Shown piece after piece: positions 1 to 5,611 of a stretch of DNA of 8,276 nucleotides. The DNA is from a virus. Lineage: Duplodnaviria; Heunggongvirae; Uroviricota; Caudoviricetes. The position numbers and the translations under genes are program-made. How positions within the stretch are numbered: the stretch's first letter is position 1; the number at the start of each line of letters is the position of its first letter. The stretch lies in the IMG/VR virus record IMGVR_UViG_2513237361_000010; one strand, 5' to 3'. Below the pieces are notes generated by a model. That model searched no databases. It was not told the origin of the DNA and was given only the letters and a program-made list of their open reading frames with translations.

Positions 1-435
1 ATGTCCGGTAATATCTATACGCTGTACAAATCCCACTGTGAAAATGTTGGAAAGTATCGGGGCATTGAAATCAGTGGGGTAGTGTCATCAGTCGAAATAA
101 GCAAAGTTGAATCAAGGGCAACATTACTTACTCTTTTGGACCTTGTCTTACATGAGCACCGGAAGAAATTCGGCACTCCCTATAATCAGTTGAATGGGAA
201 AAAGGCTCTGGTTCACCTTATTCTGATGAAGCATCACTGGATGCCAAAACAGATTAATGAGATGAAATTTGATGAACTTCTTCTTTCAATTCAGGATGAA
301 CTCACACTTGATAAAATAAGCGTAACCGCCCAGAAATTTTTAGATTATCGAGACTGGAGATCACAAATTCATCACTTTGATGATTTTGACGAAAATGAAT
401 GGGAGCCTAATTTGTCTGCACAATATCTAAAGTAA
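1..435 (+). CDS. hypothetical protein, low-GC orphan (moron-like) gene
   Basis: 144-codon ORF beginning at the window edge ATG, so the true start and promoter are unverified. Markedly AT-rich compared with the rest of the window. No motif I recognise; acidic stretch DDFDENEWE near the C-terminus. Opposite in orientation to the adjacent leftward PL-like promoter. Confidence 0.5.
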   Translation: MSGNIYTLYKSHCENVGKYRGIEISGVVSSVEISKVESRATLLTLLDLVLHEHRKKFGTPYNQLNGKKALVHLILMKHHWMPKQINEMKFDELLLSIQDELTLDKISVTAQKFLDYRDWRSQIHHFDDFDENEWEPNLSAQYLK

Positions 436-613
436 CATCCTGTGATAAAACCGTGATTTCCTGATCCAGTTTTTTTAAGGAGTCTATTGTTTCCTGTCGA
501 TAAGACAGCACTTCACGAAGCTGGTTTATAGCTGCCAGCTTCTTTGTCATCCACTCATAAATTTCCTCATCTGTGTAGCCAGGCGCGACGATTTTGGGTT
601 CTGTTTTGTGCAT
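407..613 (-). CDS. hypothetical small protein (68 aa), possible first gene of the leftward early operon
   Basis: ATG at 611-613 (minus strand) preceded by GAGGAG at about 6 nt spacing. The track ORF 407..628 uses an upstream TTG. Its 3' end overlaps the 3' end of ORF 1..435 by 29 nt, convergently. No recognisable domain. A plus-strand hairpin (517-542) lies inside it, which lowers confidence. Confidence 0.35.
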   Translation of the reverse strand: MHKTEPKIVAPGYTDEEIYEWMTKKLAAINQLREVLSYRQETIDSLKKLDQEITVLSQDVTLDIVQTN

Positions 614-671
614 TTCACATCTCCTCAAGTTATCAGTTACTTGTTGATGGGGACCAGATTGTTAAAGAGCG

Positions 672-696
672 AAGCGTCCGGTAGGGCGCTTTTTTG
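672..696 (+). terminator. putative intrinsic terminator (GC-rich hairpin plus T6)
   Basis: aagcgtcc (672-679), loop ggta, gggcgctt (684-691): 8-bp stem with one G-U wobble on the plus-strand RNA, followed by a run of six T (690-695). The minus-strand RNA would carry a C-A mismatch and no U tract, so this is plus-strand specific. Confidence 0.5.
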
Positions 697-773
697 TTGC
701 TAACGAATCATCCTGGACTTCATATGCCCCAGGCGGCTACTTCGTGGGCGTCCTGCCTGTTCGTTGTTTCGCT

Positions 774-808
774 TGGGTACATTATGTATCTCATAGGTAC
801 ATTGTCAA
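774..808 (-). promoter_or_regulatory. PL-like leftward sigma70 promoter with overlapping operator half-sites
   Basis: On the minus strand: TTGACA (plus coords 803-808), 16-nt spacer, CATAAT (781-786). Two direct copies of GGTACATT (776-783 and 796-803) overlap the -10 and -35, and match the GGTACA half-sites in the operator region at 1538-1609. Confidence 0.45.
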
Positions 809-812
809 GTAT

Positions 813-835
813 AAAAAAACCTGCCGAAGCAGGTT
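813..835 (-). terminator. intrinsic terminator of the repressor gene
   Basis: Perfect 7-bp inverted repeat aacctgc (818-824) / gcaggtt (829-835) with loop cgaa. On the minus strand it is followed by a 7-nt U tract (plus-strand A run 813-819). Sits 13 nt downstream of the repressor stop codon at 848-850. Confidence 0.65.
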
Positions 836-847
836 CATAAACATTGA

Positions 848-1522
848 TTAGGCTTTGATTTTGTATCTTCTTGGTTTTCCTGAGAAAATCACTGTACCAA
901 TTATAGAGCAATTACCGTTGATCTTAATGTAAGGCTCAGGCCAGTTTGGGTTTAACGCTTTGAGATAACGCTGTGTCCCATCTTCTATCAACCTTTTGAA
1001 GGTGGTTTCACCTGTATCGTGCATCAATGCAATAACGTCGTCACCGTGGCAGGCAGGTACTTCAGGATCGACAAAAATCATGTCTCCCGGGCGGTACTCA
1101 TCAATCATTGAATCACCTATCACCCGCAAGATATAAGTCATTTCCCCGCAGGGTACAGGGCAGGGATATGTTTCTGCTGTGCTCAAATCAACCTCAGAAT
1201 ATCCAACTTCTTTCCATGCTCCGGCCTGTACCCATGATATGACAGGGACTAATGTGATTTGTTTATTAGTGATTGAAACATCAGGTTGTTTTGTGATGTT
1301 CGTTGTCTGGTGTTCTTGATCGAGCCATCCGACAGGCAGGTCGAAACATTTTTCGATGTGTCGTGCCATGCTGTCACCGATATTTTTAGTAGCACCATCT
1401 CCCATAAACCTGCTGGTCTGGGTTGGCTCGCGATCAATCATAGTGGCAAAGGAAGAATTCCCGCCAACACCATCTCTCAGTTTTCTGGCGTTAGACCGCC
1501 GGATGTCATGGATTGTTTTCAT
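848..1522 (-). CDS. CI-like phage repressor, HTH domain plus S24 (LexA/CI-type) autopeptidase domain
   Basis: 224 aa. C-terminal domain carries the S24 signature: Ala-Gly cleavage site (VQAGAW), catalytic Ser in VIGDSM, GDMIFVDP, and catalytic Lys in FKRL. The N-terminal part has HTH-like character. Divergent from the Cro-like gene, with its own terminator. Confidence 0.85.
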   Translation of the reverse strand: MKTIHDIRRSNARKLRDGVGGNSSFATMIDREPTQTSRFMGDGATKNIGDSMARHIEKCFDLPVGWLDQEHQTTNITKQPDVSITNKQITLVPVISWVQAGAWKEVGYSEVDLSTAETYPCPVPCGEMTYILRVIGDSMIDEYRPGDMIFVDPEVPACHGDDVIALMHDTGETTFKRLIEDGTQRYLKALNPNWPEPYIKINGNCSIIGTVIFSGKPRRYKIKA

Positions 1523-1612
1523 AACGAAATTAAAACCCTTGTACCGTTAAGGTACAAGTATCTTGAAGGTTCATTTCAATCATGTAATATGTACACCGGA
1601 GGTACATATTGT
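1523..1612. promoter_or_regulatory. divergent operator/promoter region (PRM-like and PR-like) between repressor and cro-like gene
   Basis: Perfect dyad cttgtacc-N5-ggtacaag (1538-1558) and dyad atatgtac-N7-gtacatat (1587-1609). Candidate rightward promoter: -35 TTGAAG (1563-1568), -10 TAATAT (1585-1590). Candidate leftward promoter: -10 TTTAAT (complement of 1529-1534) only 6 nt from the repressor ATG, implying a leaderless or near-leaderless repressor mRNA as with lambda cI. Confidence 0.55.
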
Positions 1613-1813
1613 ATGAAAGCGTATTGGGACTCTTTAACCAAAGAACAGCAGGGCGAGTTGGCCGGAAAAGTTGGCTCAACACCTGGCTACTTACGGCTGG
1701 TTTTCAATGGTTATAAAAAAGCCAGTTTTGTGCTGGCTAAAAAACTTGAGCAATGCACGTCAGGTGCAATTACGAAATCTGACTTAAGACCGGATATCTA
1801 TCCGAAAGATTAG
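1613..1813 (+). CDS. Cro-like small HTH regulator (Cro/YdaS family)
   Basis: 66 aa. ATG at 1613 preceded by GGAGG (1597-1601). Divergent from the repressor and sharing its operator region. Sequence pattern (ELAGKVGSTPGYL...GAITKSDLRP) resembles small Cro-type prophage regulators. The upstream part of track ORF 1286..1813 is antisense to the repressor and is ignored. Confidence 0.7.
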   Translation: MKAYWDSLTKEQQGELAGKVGSTPGYLRLVFNGYKKASFVLAKKLEQCTSGAITKSDLRPDIYPKD

Positions 1814-1844
1814 CAGAACACTTTCAATTTTTAACCACAGAACG

Positions 1845-2408
1845 ATGAGGCTAATCGTGGGTAAGCATCACTGGAAAATAGAAAAACAGCCTGAGTGGTA
1901 CGTGAAAGCTGTCAGAAAAACTATCGCGGCGTTGCCGGGTGGTTACGCTGAAGCGGCTGACTGGCTCGATGTAACAGAAAACGCTTTATTCAACCGCCTT
2001 CGTGCAGATGGCGATCAGATTTTCCCGCTGGGATGGGCAATGGTTTTACAGCGTGCTGGTGGCACTCACTTCATTGCTGATGCTGTGGCGCAGTCTGCAA
2101 ATGGCGTCTTTGTGTCTCTTCCTGACATCGAGGATGTGGACAACGCCGATATCAACCAACGCCTGCTGGAGGTCATTGAACAGATCGGCAGTTATTCAAA
2201 ACAGATTCGTTCAGCAATTGAAGACGGTGTAGTGGAACCGCATGAGAAGACAGCAATTAATGACGAGCTGTACCTCTCAATTTCGAAGCTGCAGGAGCAT
2301 GCAGCACTGGTCTACAAAATTTTTTGCATTTCAGAAAGTAATGACGCCCGCGAGTGTGCAGCTCCGGGCGCCGTGGCGTGTCGTGACTGTGGAGAAACTA
2401 ACGCATGA
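1845..2408 (+). CDS. YdaT/CII-like early regulatory protein (positional assignment)
   Basis: 187-aa ORF directly after the cro-like gene, the position occupied by cII or ydaT-type genes in lambdoid and rac-like prophages. Its stop overlaps the next start (ATGA at 2405-2408). Family assignment is by synteny and general resemblance only. The start could instead be GTG 1857, which has a GAGG 6 nt upstream. Confidence 0.5.
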   Translation: MRLIVGKHHWKIEKQPEWYVKAVRKTIAALPGGYAEAADWLDVTENALFNRLRADGDQIFPLGWAMVLQRAGGTHFIADAVAQSANGVFVSLPDIEDVDNADINQRLLEVIEQIGSYSKQIRSAIEDGVVEPHEKTAINDELYLSISKLQEHAALVYKIFCISESNDARECAAPGAVACRDCGETNA

Positions 2409-2743
2409 ACAGTTTAACAACACACTACCGTCGCTCGCAACTGATTGCACTTCCTGTACCGGGTGGAAAAGCGAAGGTGGAGTATTGCTATGCAGTAAAT
2501 GTACCAGGTGACAGGGAAATTGTAACCCACAGCTTTGCAGAGTGGGCTGTGGGTGATTTCAACCGGCAGAAGGAGACAGTCCTTTGCGACAAGTTAACCG
2601 CTGGTTCAAAGATCACTACGGAGTGCCCGTCAGAGTCATTCGTTGGGAGCCGGAAACACAACGTGTTATCTACCTCCGCGAAGGCTATGAGCATGAATGC
2701 TTCAGTCCGCTCGAACAGTTTCGTCGTAAATTCAGGGAAATAG
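2405..2743 (+). CDS. hypothetical protein; C-terminal half doubtful (frame conflict)
   Basis: ATG at 2405 overlaps the stop of the previous gene. The first ~58 residues look protein-like. After ~2580 this frame becomes Ser-rich and low-complexity, while the overlapping frame looks like a real protein. Confidence 0.4.
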   Translation: MNSLTTHYRRSQLIALPVPGGKAKVEYCYAVNVPGDREIVTHSFAEWAVGDFNRQKETVLCDKLTAGSKITTECPSESFVGSRKHNVLSTSAKAMSMNASVRSNSFVVNSGK

Positions 2744-2763
2744 AGGTCGGTCATGAGCACTAA
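2584..2763 (+). CDS. unannotated small ORF (59 aa, TTG start), or the frameshifted C-terminal part of the preceding gene
   Basis: Not in the ORF track (below its length cutoff). AAGGAG at 2570-2575, then an 8-nt spacer, then TTG 2584-2586. Translation [59 protein letters not shown] is rich in W/F/Y and charged residues. Stop at 2761-2763 overlaps the start of the initiator gene. Confidence 0.35.
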   Translation: MRQVNRWFKDHYGVPVRVIRWEPETQRVIYLREGYEHECFSPLEQFRRKFREIEVGHEH

Positions 2764-3694
2764 ATTAACCGGCTATGTATGGGATGGTTGCGCTGCGTCA
2801 GGCATGAAATTATCCAGCGTGGCAATTATGGCCCGCCTGGCTGATTTCAGTAATGACGAAGGTGTGTGCTGGCCATCAATTGAAACCATTGCCCGCCAGA
2901 TTGGTGCGGGGATGAGTACCGTCAGAACGGCTATCGCACGGCTGGAAGCAGAAGGCTGGTTAACGCGTAAGGCGCGTCGCCAGGGTAACCGCAATGCGTC
3001 GAATGTTTATCAGCTTAACGTTGCGAAGCTTCAGGCTGCGGCTTTTTCTCAACTGTCAGATTCTGACCCGTCAAAATCTGACGCATCAAAATCTGACCCG
3101 TCAAAATTTGATGCGTCGAAATCTGGCAAAAAAGCGGGTTTTCACCCGTCAGAATCTGGCGGGGATCCGTCAGTAAAATCAAAACATGATCCGTCAGATA
3201 AAAAAACTTCTCGTCCGGACGCTTCGCAACCGGACACGCAGACGGCTGAACAGGAGTTTTTAACTCGCCATCCTGATGCGGTTGTATTCAGCCCTAAAAA
3301 GCGCCAGTGGGGAACGCAGGATGATTTGACCTGCGCACAGTGGCTCTGGAAGAAAATAATCGCCCTGTACGAGCAGGCTGCCGAATGTGACGGCGAGGTG
3401 GTTCGTCCCAAAGAACCGAACTGGACAGCCTGGGCAAACGAAATTCGCCTGATGTGTGTACAGGATGGGCGTACTCACAAACAAATCTGCGAGATGTACA
3501 GCCGTGTCAGCCGCGATCCGTTCTGGTGCCGTAACGTGCTCAGCCCGTCGAAGCTGCGGGAAAAATGGGATGAGCTTTCCCTGCGCTTATCGCCGTCCGT
3601 CAGCACGTACACCGAAAAACGCGAGGACCCGTACTTCAAAGCCAGTTACGACAACGTGGACTACAGCCAGATCCCGGTAGGATTCAGAGGGTGA
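2753..3694 (+). CDS. replication initiator, lambda O-like architecture (N-terminal HTH DNA-binding domain, iteron-encoded linker, C-terminal domain)
   Basis: 313 aa. ATG at 2753 with GAGG 6 nt upstream. N-terminal region resembles HTH replication-initiator domains. The central low-complexity linker (SDSDPSKSDASKSDPSKFDASKSGKK...) is encoded by DNA iterons, as in lambda O. Stop overlaps the next gene. Confidence 0.7.
   Translation: MSTKLTGYVWDGCAASGMKLSSVAIMARLADFSNDEGVCWPSIETIARQIGAGMSTVRTAIARLEAEGWLTRKARRQGNRNASNVYQLNVAKLQAAAFSQLSDSDPSKSDASKSDPSKFDASKSGKKAGFHPSESGGDPSVKSKHDPSDKKTSRPDASQPDTQTAEQEFLTRHPDAVVFSPKKRQWGTQDDLTCAQWLWKKIIALYEQAAECDGEVVRPKEPNWTAWANEIRLMCVQDGRTHKQICEMYSRVSRDPFWCRNVLSPSKLREKWDELSLRLSPSVSTYTEKREDPYFKASYDNVDYSQIPVGFRG
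3055..3200. repeat. iteron array, putative origin of replication inside the initiator gene
   Basis: 15-bp periodic direct repeats ttctgacccgtcaaa / atctgacgcatcaaa / atctgacccgtcaaa / atttgatgcgtcgaa (3061-3120), with further CCGTCAG copies at 3146, 3167 and 3191. The unit contains the dyad gtcaga / tctgac. The array is followed by an A-rich stretch (3198-3207). Confidence 0.7.
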
Positions 3695-3696
3695 TC

Positions 3697-4185
3697 ATGA
3701 GTCTGTTAAATGACGTTCAGAAATTCATTGAAGCCCATCCGGGGTGTACTTCCGGAGACATTGCGGATGCTTTTGCAGGTTACTCACGGCAGCGCGTTCT
3801 GCAGTCTGCAAGCAAGTTACGTCAGAGTGGGCGTGTGGCTCACCGTTGTGAAGGGGATACACGCAGACATTTCCCGCGCCTGACTGAGAGAGCGCAGGAG
3901 CCGGAACCACAACCAGTTCGTGAAACCAGACCTGTGCGCAATTTCTATGTCGGCACTAACGATCCCCGGGTGATTTTGTGCCTGACCCGCCAGGCTGAAG
4001 AACTGGAGTCAAGGGGCTTATACCGTCGTGCTGCAACCGTGTGGATGGCGGCATTCCGTGAAAGCCACTCCCAGCCAGAACGAAACAATTTTCTGGCGCG
4101 TCGTGAGCGGTGCTTACGGAAAAGCAGCAAGCGCGCTGCATCGGGTGAAGAGTGGTATCTGTCAGGGAATTACGTGGGGGCGTAA
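3697..4185 (+). CDS. PerC-family-like transcriptional regulator with N-terminal winged-helix-like extension
   Basis: C-terminal region AEELESRGLYRRAATVWMAAF...ERNNFLARRERCLRKS matches the PerC/Pch signature (LE..GLWRRAA..W ... RR..C). The track ORF starts at GTG 3691; ATG 3697 is preferred. Stop TAA 4183-4185 overlaps the next ATG (TAATG). Confidence 0.65.
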   Translation: MSLLNDVQKFIEAHPGCTSGDIADAFAGYSRQRVLQSASKLRQSGRVAHRCEGDTRRHFPRLTERAQEPEPQPVRETRPVRNFYVGTNDPRVILCLTRQAEELESRGLYRRAATVWMAAFRESHSQPERNNFLARRERCLRKSSKRAASGEEWYLSGNYVGA

Positions 4186-4511
4186 TGACGACGTTAACTC
4201 AATGCCAGCAGCAGGTGCTGGATATGCTGATTTCTTATCAGAAAGAGCGTGGCTTTCCGCCAACCAATCAGGAGGTGGCAACCATGCTGGGATACCGTTC
4301 GGTGAATGCAGCGGTGGAGCATCTTCGCGCACTGGAGAAAAAAGGTGTCATCACGATAAAGCGTGGCGTGGCCCGGGGTATCACTCTTCATACCGCGGTG
4401 GAGGACGACGACAGCGAGGCGGTCGGGATTATCCGCGCACTGCTTGCCGGTGAGGCAAACGCCAGGCTGCGTGCAGCCCACTGGTTACATGAGAGGGGCC
4501 TGAAAGTATGA
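4185..4511 (+). CDS. LexA-like protein: LexA N-terminal DNA-binding domain and hinge only, no S24 peptidase domain
   Basis: 108 aa. MTTLTQCQQQVLDMLISYQKERGFPPTNQEVATMLGYRSVNAAVEHLRALEKKGVITIKRGVARGITL aligns by eye with E. coli LexA residues 1-70, including recognition helix NAAxEHL. It is followed by an acidic hinge (VEDDDSE) and a VG..AGE remnant of the cleavage region, and ends about 25 residues later. GGGGG sits upstream of ATG 4185; the stop overlaps the rusA start (ATGA). Confidence 0.8.
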   Translation: MTTLTQCQQQVLDMLISYQKERGFPPTNQEVATMLGYRSVNAAVEHLRALEKKGVITIKRGVARGITLHTAVEDDDSEAVGIIRALLAGEANARLRAAHWLHERGLKV

Positions 4512-4897
4512 AGCTAATACTGCCTTTTCCGCCCAGCGTGAACACGTACTGGCGACACCCCAACAAAGGGGCGTTTGCAGGTAAGAGCCTGATAAGCGCG
4601 GCGGGGCGCAAATTCCAGAGCGCGGCGTGTGCAGCAATAGTTGAGCAGTTACGTCGTCTGCCAAAACCAACGTCGGCACCTGCTTCAGTGGAGATCGTGT
4701 TGTTTCCTCCGGATAACCGGATCCGCGATCTGGACAACTATAACAAGGCGCTGTTTGACGCCCTGACCCACGCGGGTGTGTGGGAAGACGACAGTCAGGT
4801 GAAAAGAATGCTGGTGGAGTGGGGACCGGTTATCCCGGAAGGGAAGGTCGAGATCACTATCAGTAAGTACGAGAAAACGGCGGGTGCAGCCGCCTGA
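4508..4897 (+). CDS. rusA: RusA Holliday junction resolvase
   Basis: 129 aa. Motifs LPFPPSVNTYWR and DLDNYNKALFDALTHAGVWEDDSQV match the RusA family, including the acidic catalytic region. A typical lambdoid NinR-region gene. Confidence 0.9.
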   Translation: MKLILPFPPSVNTYWRHPNKGAFAGKSLISAAGRKFQSAACAAIVEQLRRLPKPTSAPASVEIVLFPPDNRIRDLDNYNKALFDALTHAGVWEDDSQVKRMLVEWGPVIPEGKVEITISKYEKTAGAAA

Positions 4898-4916
4898 TCA
4901 AGAGGAGAAACGAAGT

Positions 4917-5159
4917 ATGAATAATCTGATGGTCATTGATGGTATTGAAGTTCGTCGTGATGCTTATGGGCGTTACAGCCTGAACGATCTGCATCGCGCA
5001 GCAGTAGCATCTGGTGCAAATGCCAGAACCAAGGAGCCAGGAAAGTTTCTTTCCAGCCAACAAACTGTTGAACTTGTTCATGAATTGACCAACACCCAGA
5101 ATTTGGGTGTTGACCCGGTGAGTGTGATTCATGGGGGAAATGAACGGGGAACGCCGTAA
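4917..5159 (+). CDS. KilA-N domain protein, apparently truncated
   Basis: ATG at 4917 with GAGGAG 9 nt upstream (the track ORF starts at GTG 4884). The pattern IDGIEVRRDAYGRYSLNDLHRAA...PGKFL...GGNERGT resembles the N-terminal half of KilA-N / antirepressor N-domains. The ORF stops right after the GG..GT motif and no frame continues the domain. Confidence 0.55.
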   Translation: MNNLMVIDGIEVRRDAYGRYSLNDLHRAAVASGANARTKEPGKFLSSQQTVELVHELTNTQNLGVDPVSVIHGGNERGTP

Positions 5160-5472
5160 ATTCAGTATCCTTGTGCGTATCCTCGCTGACGGGCGCACCA
5201 CAGACATCCCGCTGGGGCGTTTTCTGCGGGAATTTACCTGTGACCGTCCTGACCTGTTTAAACGCAGCCCCGTAAACCGGCATGCGGTACTGAAAGAAAT
5301 GGCCGGAGACCCGGAATTACAGAAATGGCGGGAGAAATATCTGGATATTTACCCGCAGGACCCTGTTCCGGTCAGCCGGGCGGCACCGGTGGCGCGGGAA
5401 TGGCGGGAAATTCCCCGCACGGAGCCTGACCCGGAAATCACCCCGGATAACAGTTACCGCAATTATCTGTAA
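5131..5472 (+). CDS. hypothetical protein
   Basis: 113-aa ORF overlapping the 3' end of the KilA-N ORF by 29 nt in another frame. Alternative ATG at 5140. Higher GC than upstream genes. No recognisable motif. Confidence 0.45.
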   Translation: MGEMNGERRKFSILVRILADGRTTDIPLGRFLREFTCDRPDLFKRSPVNRHAVLKEMAGDPELQKWREKYLDIYPQDPVPVSRAAPVAREWREIPRTEPDPEITPDNSYRNYL

Positions 5473-5500
5473 TTAAAAAACGACACCCGAAAAATTAAAT

Positions 5501-5526
5501 GTGCGTATTCGCGCAGGGATACGCAC
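5501..5526. promoter_or_regulatory. perfect 8-bp inverted repeat (gtgcgtat-N10-atacgcac), candidate operator or RNA stem-loop
   Basis: Lies in the only sizeable intergenic gap of the rightward operon (5473-5607). No U tract follows, so it is unlikely to be an intrinsic terminator. Confidence 0.4.
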
Positions 5527-5545
5527 GTCTTCAGGAGACGCAGAT

Positions 5546-5611
5546 ATGCCTTATCAGTTAATGCAACCGGCACGGAATGCAGTCATCTGTCACAGGGAGG
5601 AAAGCAAATGA
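5546..5611 (+). CDS. possible 21-codon upstream ORF / leader peptide ([21 protein letters not shown])
   Basis: AGGAG (5533-5537) 8 nt upstream of ATG 5546. Its stop TGA 5609-5611 overlaps the ATG of the next gene (ATGA). Could be a chance ORF. Confidence 0.25.

Noticed and set aside
494-508. LexA/SOS boxes in the window (for example ctgtcgataagacag at 494-508 and ctgtcacag at 5587-5595)
   Set aside because: Neither has the CTGT-N8-ACAG spacing, and a manual scan found no canonical box. The manual scan could have missed degenerate sites.
720-911. Minus-strand ORF 720..911
   Set aside because: It overlaps the 3' end of the repressor gene, its terminator hairpin and the PL-like promoter; the space is better explained by those signals.
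1286-1612. Long N-terminal extension of the cro-like ORF (track ORF 1286..1813) and ORF 1356..1550
   Set aside because: Both are antisense to the repressor gene and cross the operator region. The RBS-supported ATG at 1613 gives a Cro-sized protein.
2242-2511. ORF 2242..2511 and ORF 2002..2232 overlapping the CII-like gene
   Set aside because: They are alternative frames of a gene supported by synteny and coupling, with no RBS support and Cys/Arg-rich composition typical of off-frame translation.
2570-2590. Programmed ribosomal frameshift at the SD-like AAGGAG / CUU-U site
   Set aside because: No X-XXY-YYZ slippery heptamer for the -1 shift that would be required, and a +1 slip at CUU-U runs into a stop within four codons. 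Two genes or an indel are more likely.
2994-3176. ORF 2994..3176 encoding a repetitive LTRQNLTHQNLTRQNL peptide, and the possibility that the repeats are a CRISPR array
   Set aside because: The repetition is the iteron array read in an alternative frame. The repeats are 15-bp contiguous units inside a coding region with no unique spacers, so they are not CRISPR-like.
4152-4184. GTG 4152 as the start of the LexA-like gene
   Set aside because: ATG 4185 aligns with the LexA N-terminus, has a GGGGG RBS, and overlaps the upstream stop in a coupling arrangement; the GTG extension lies inside the PerC-like gene.
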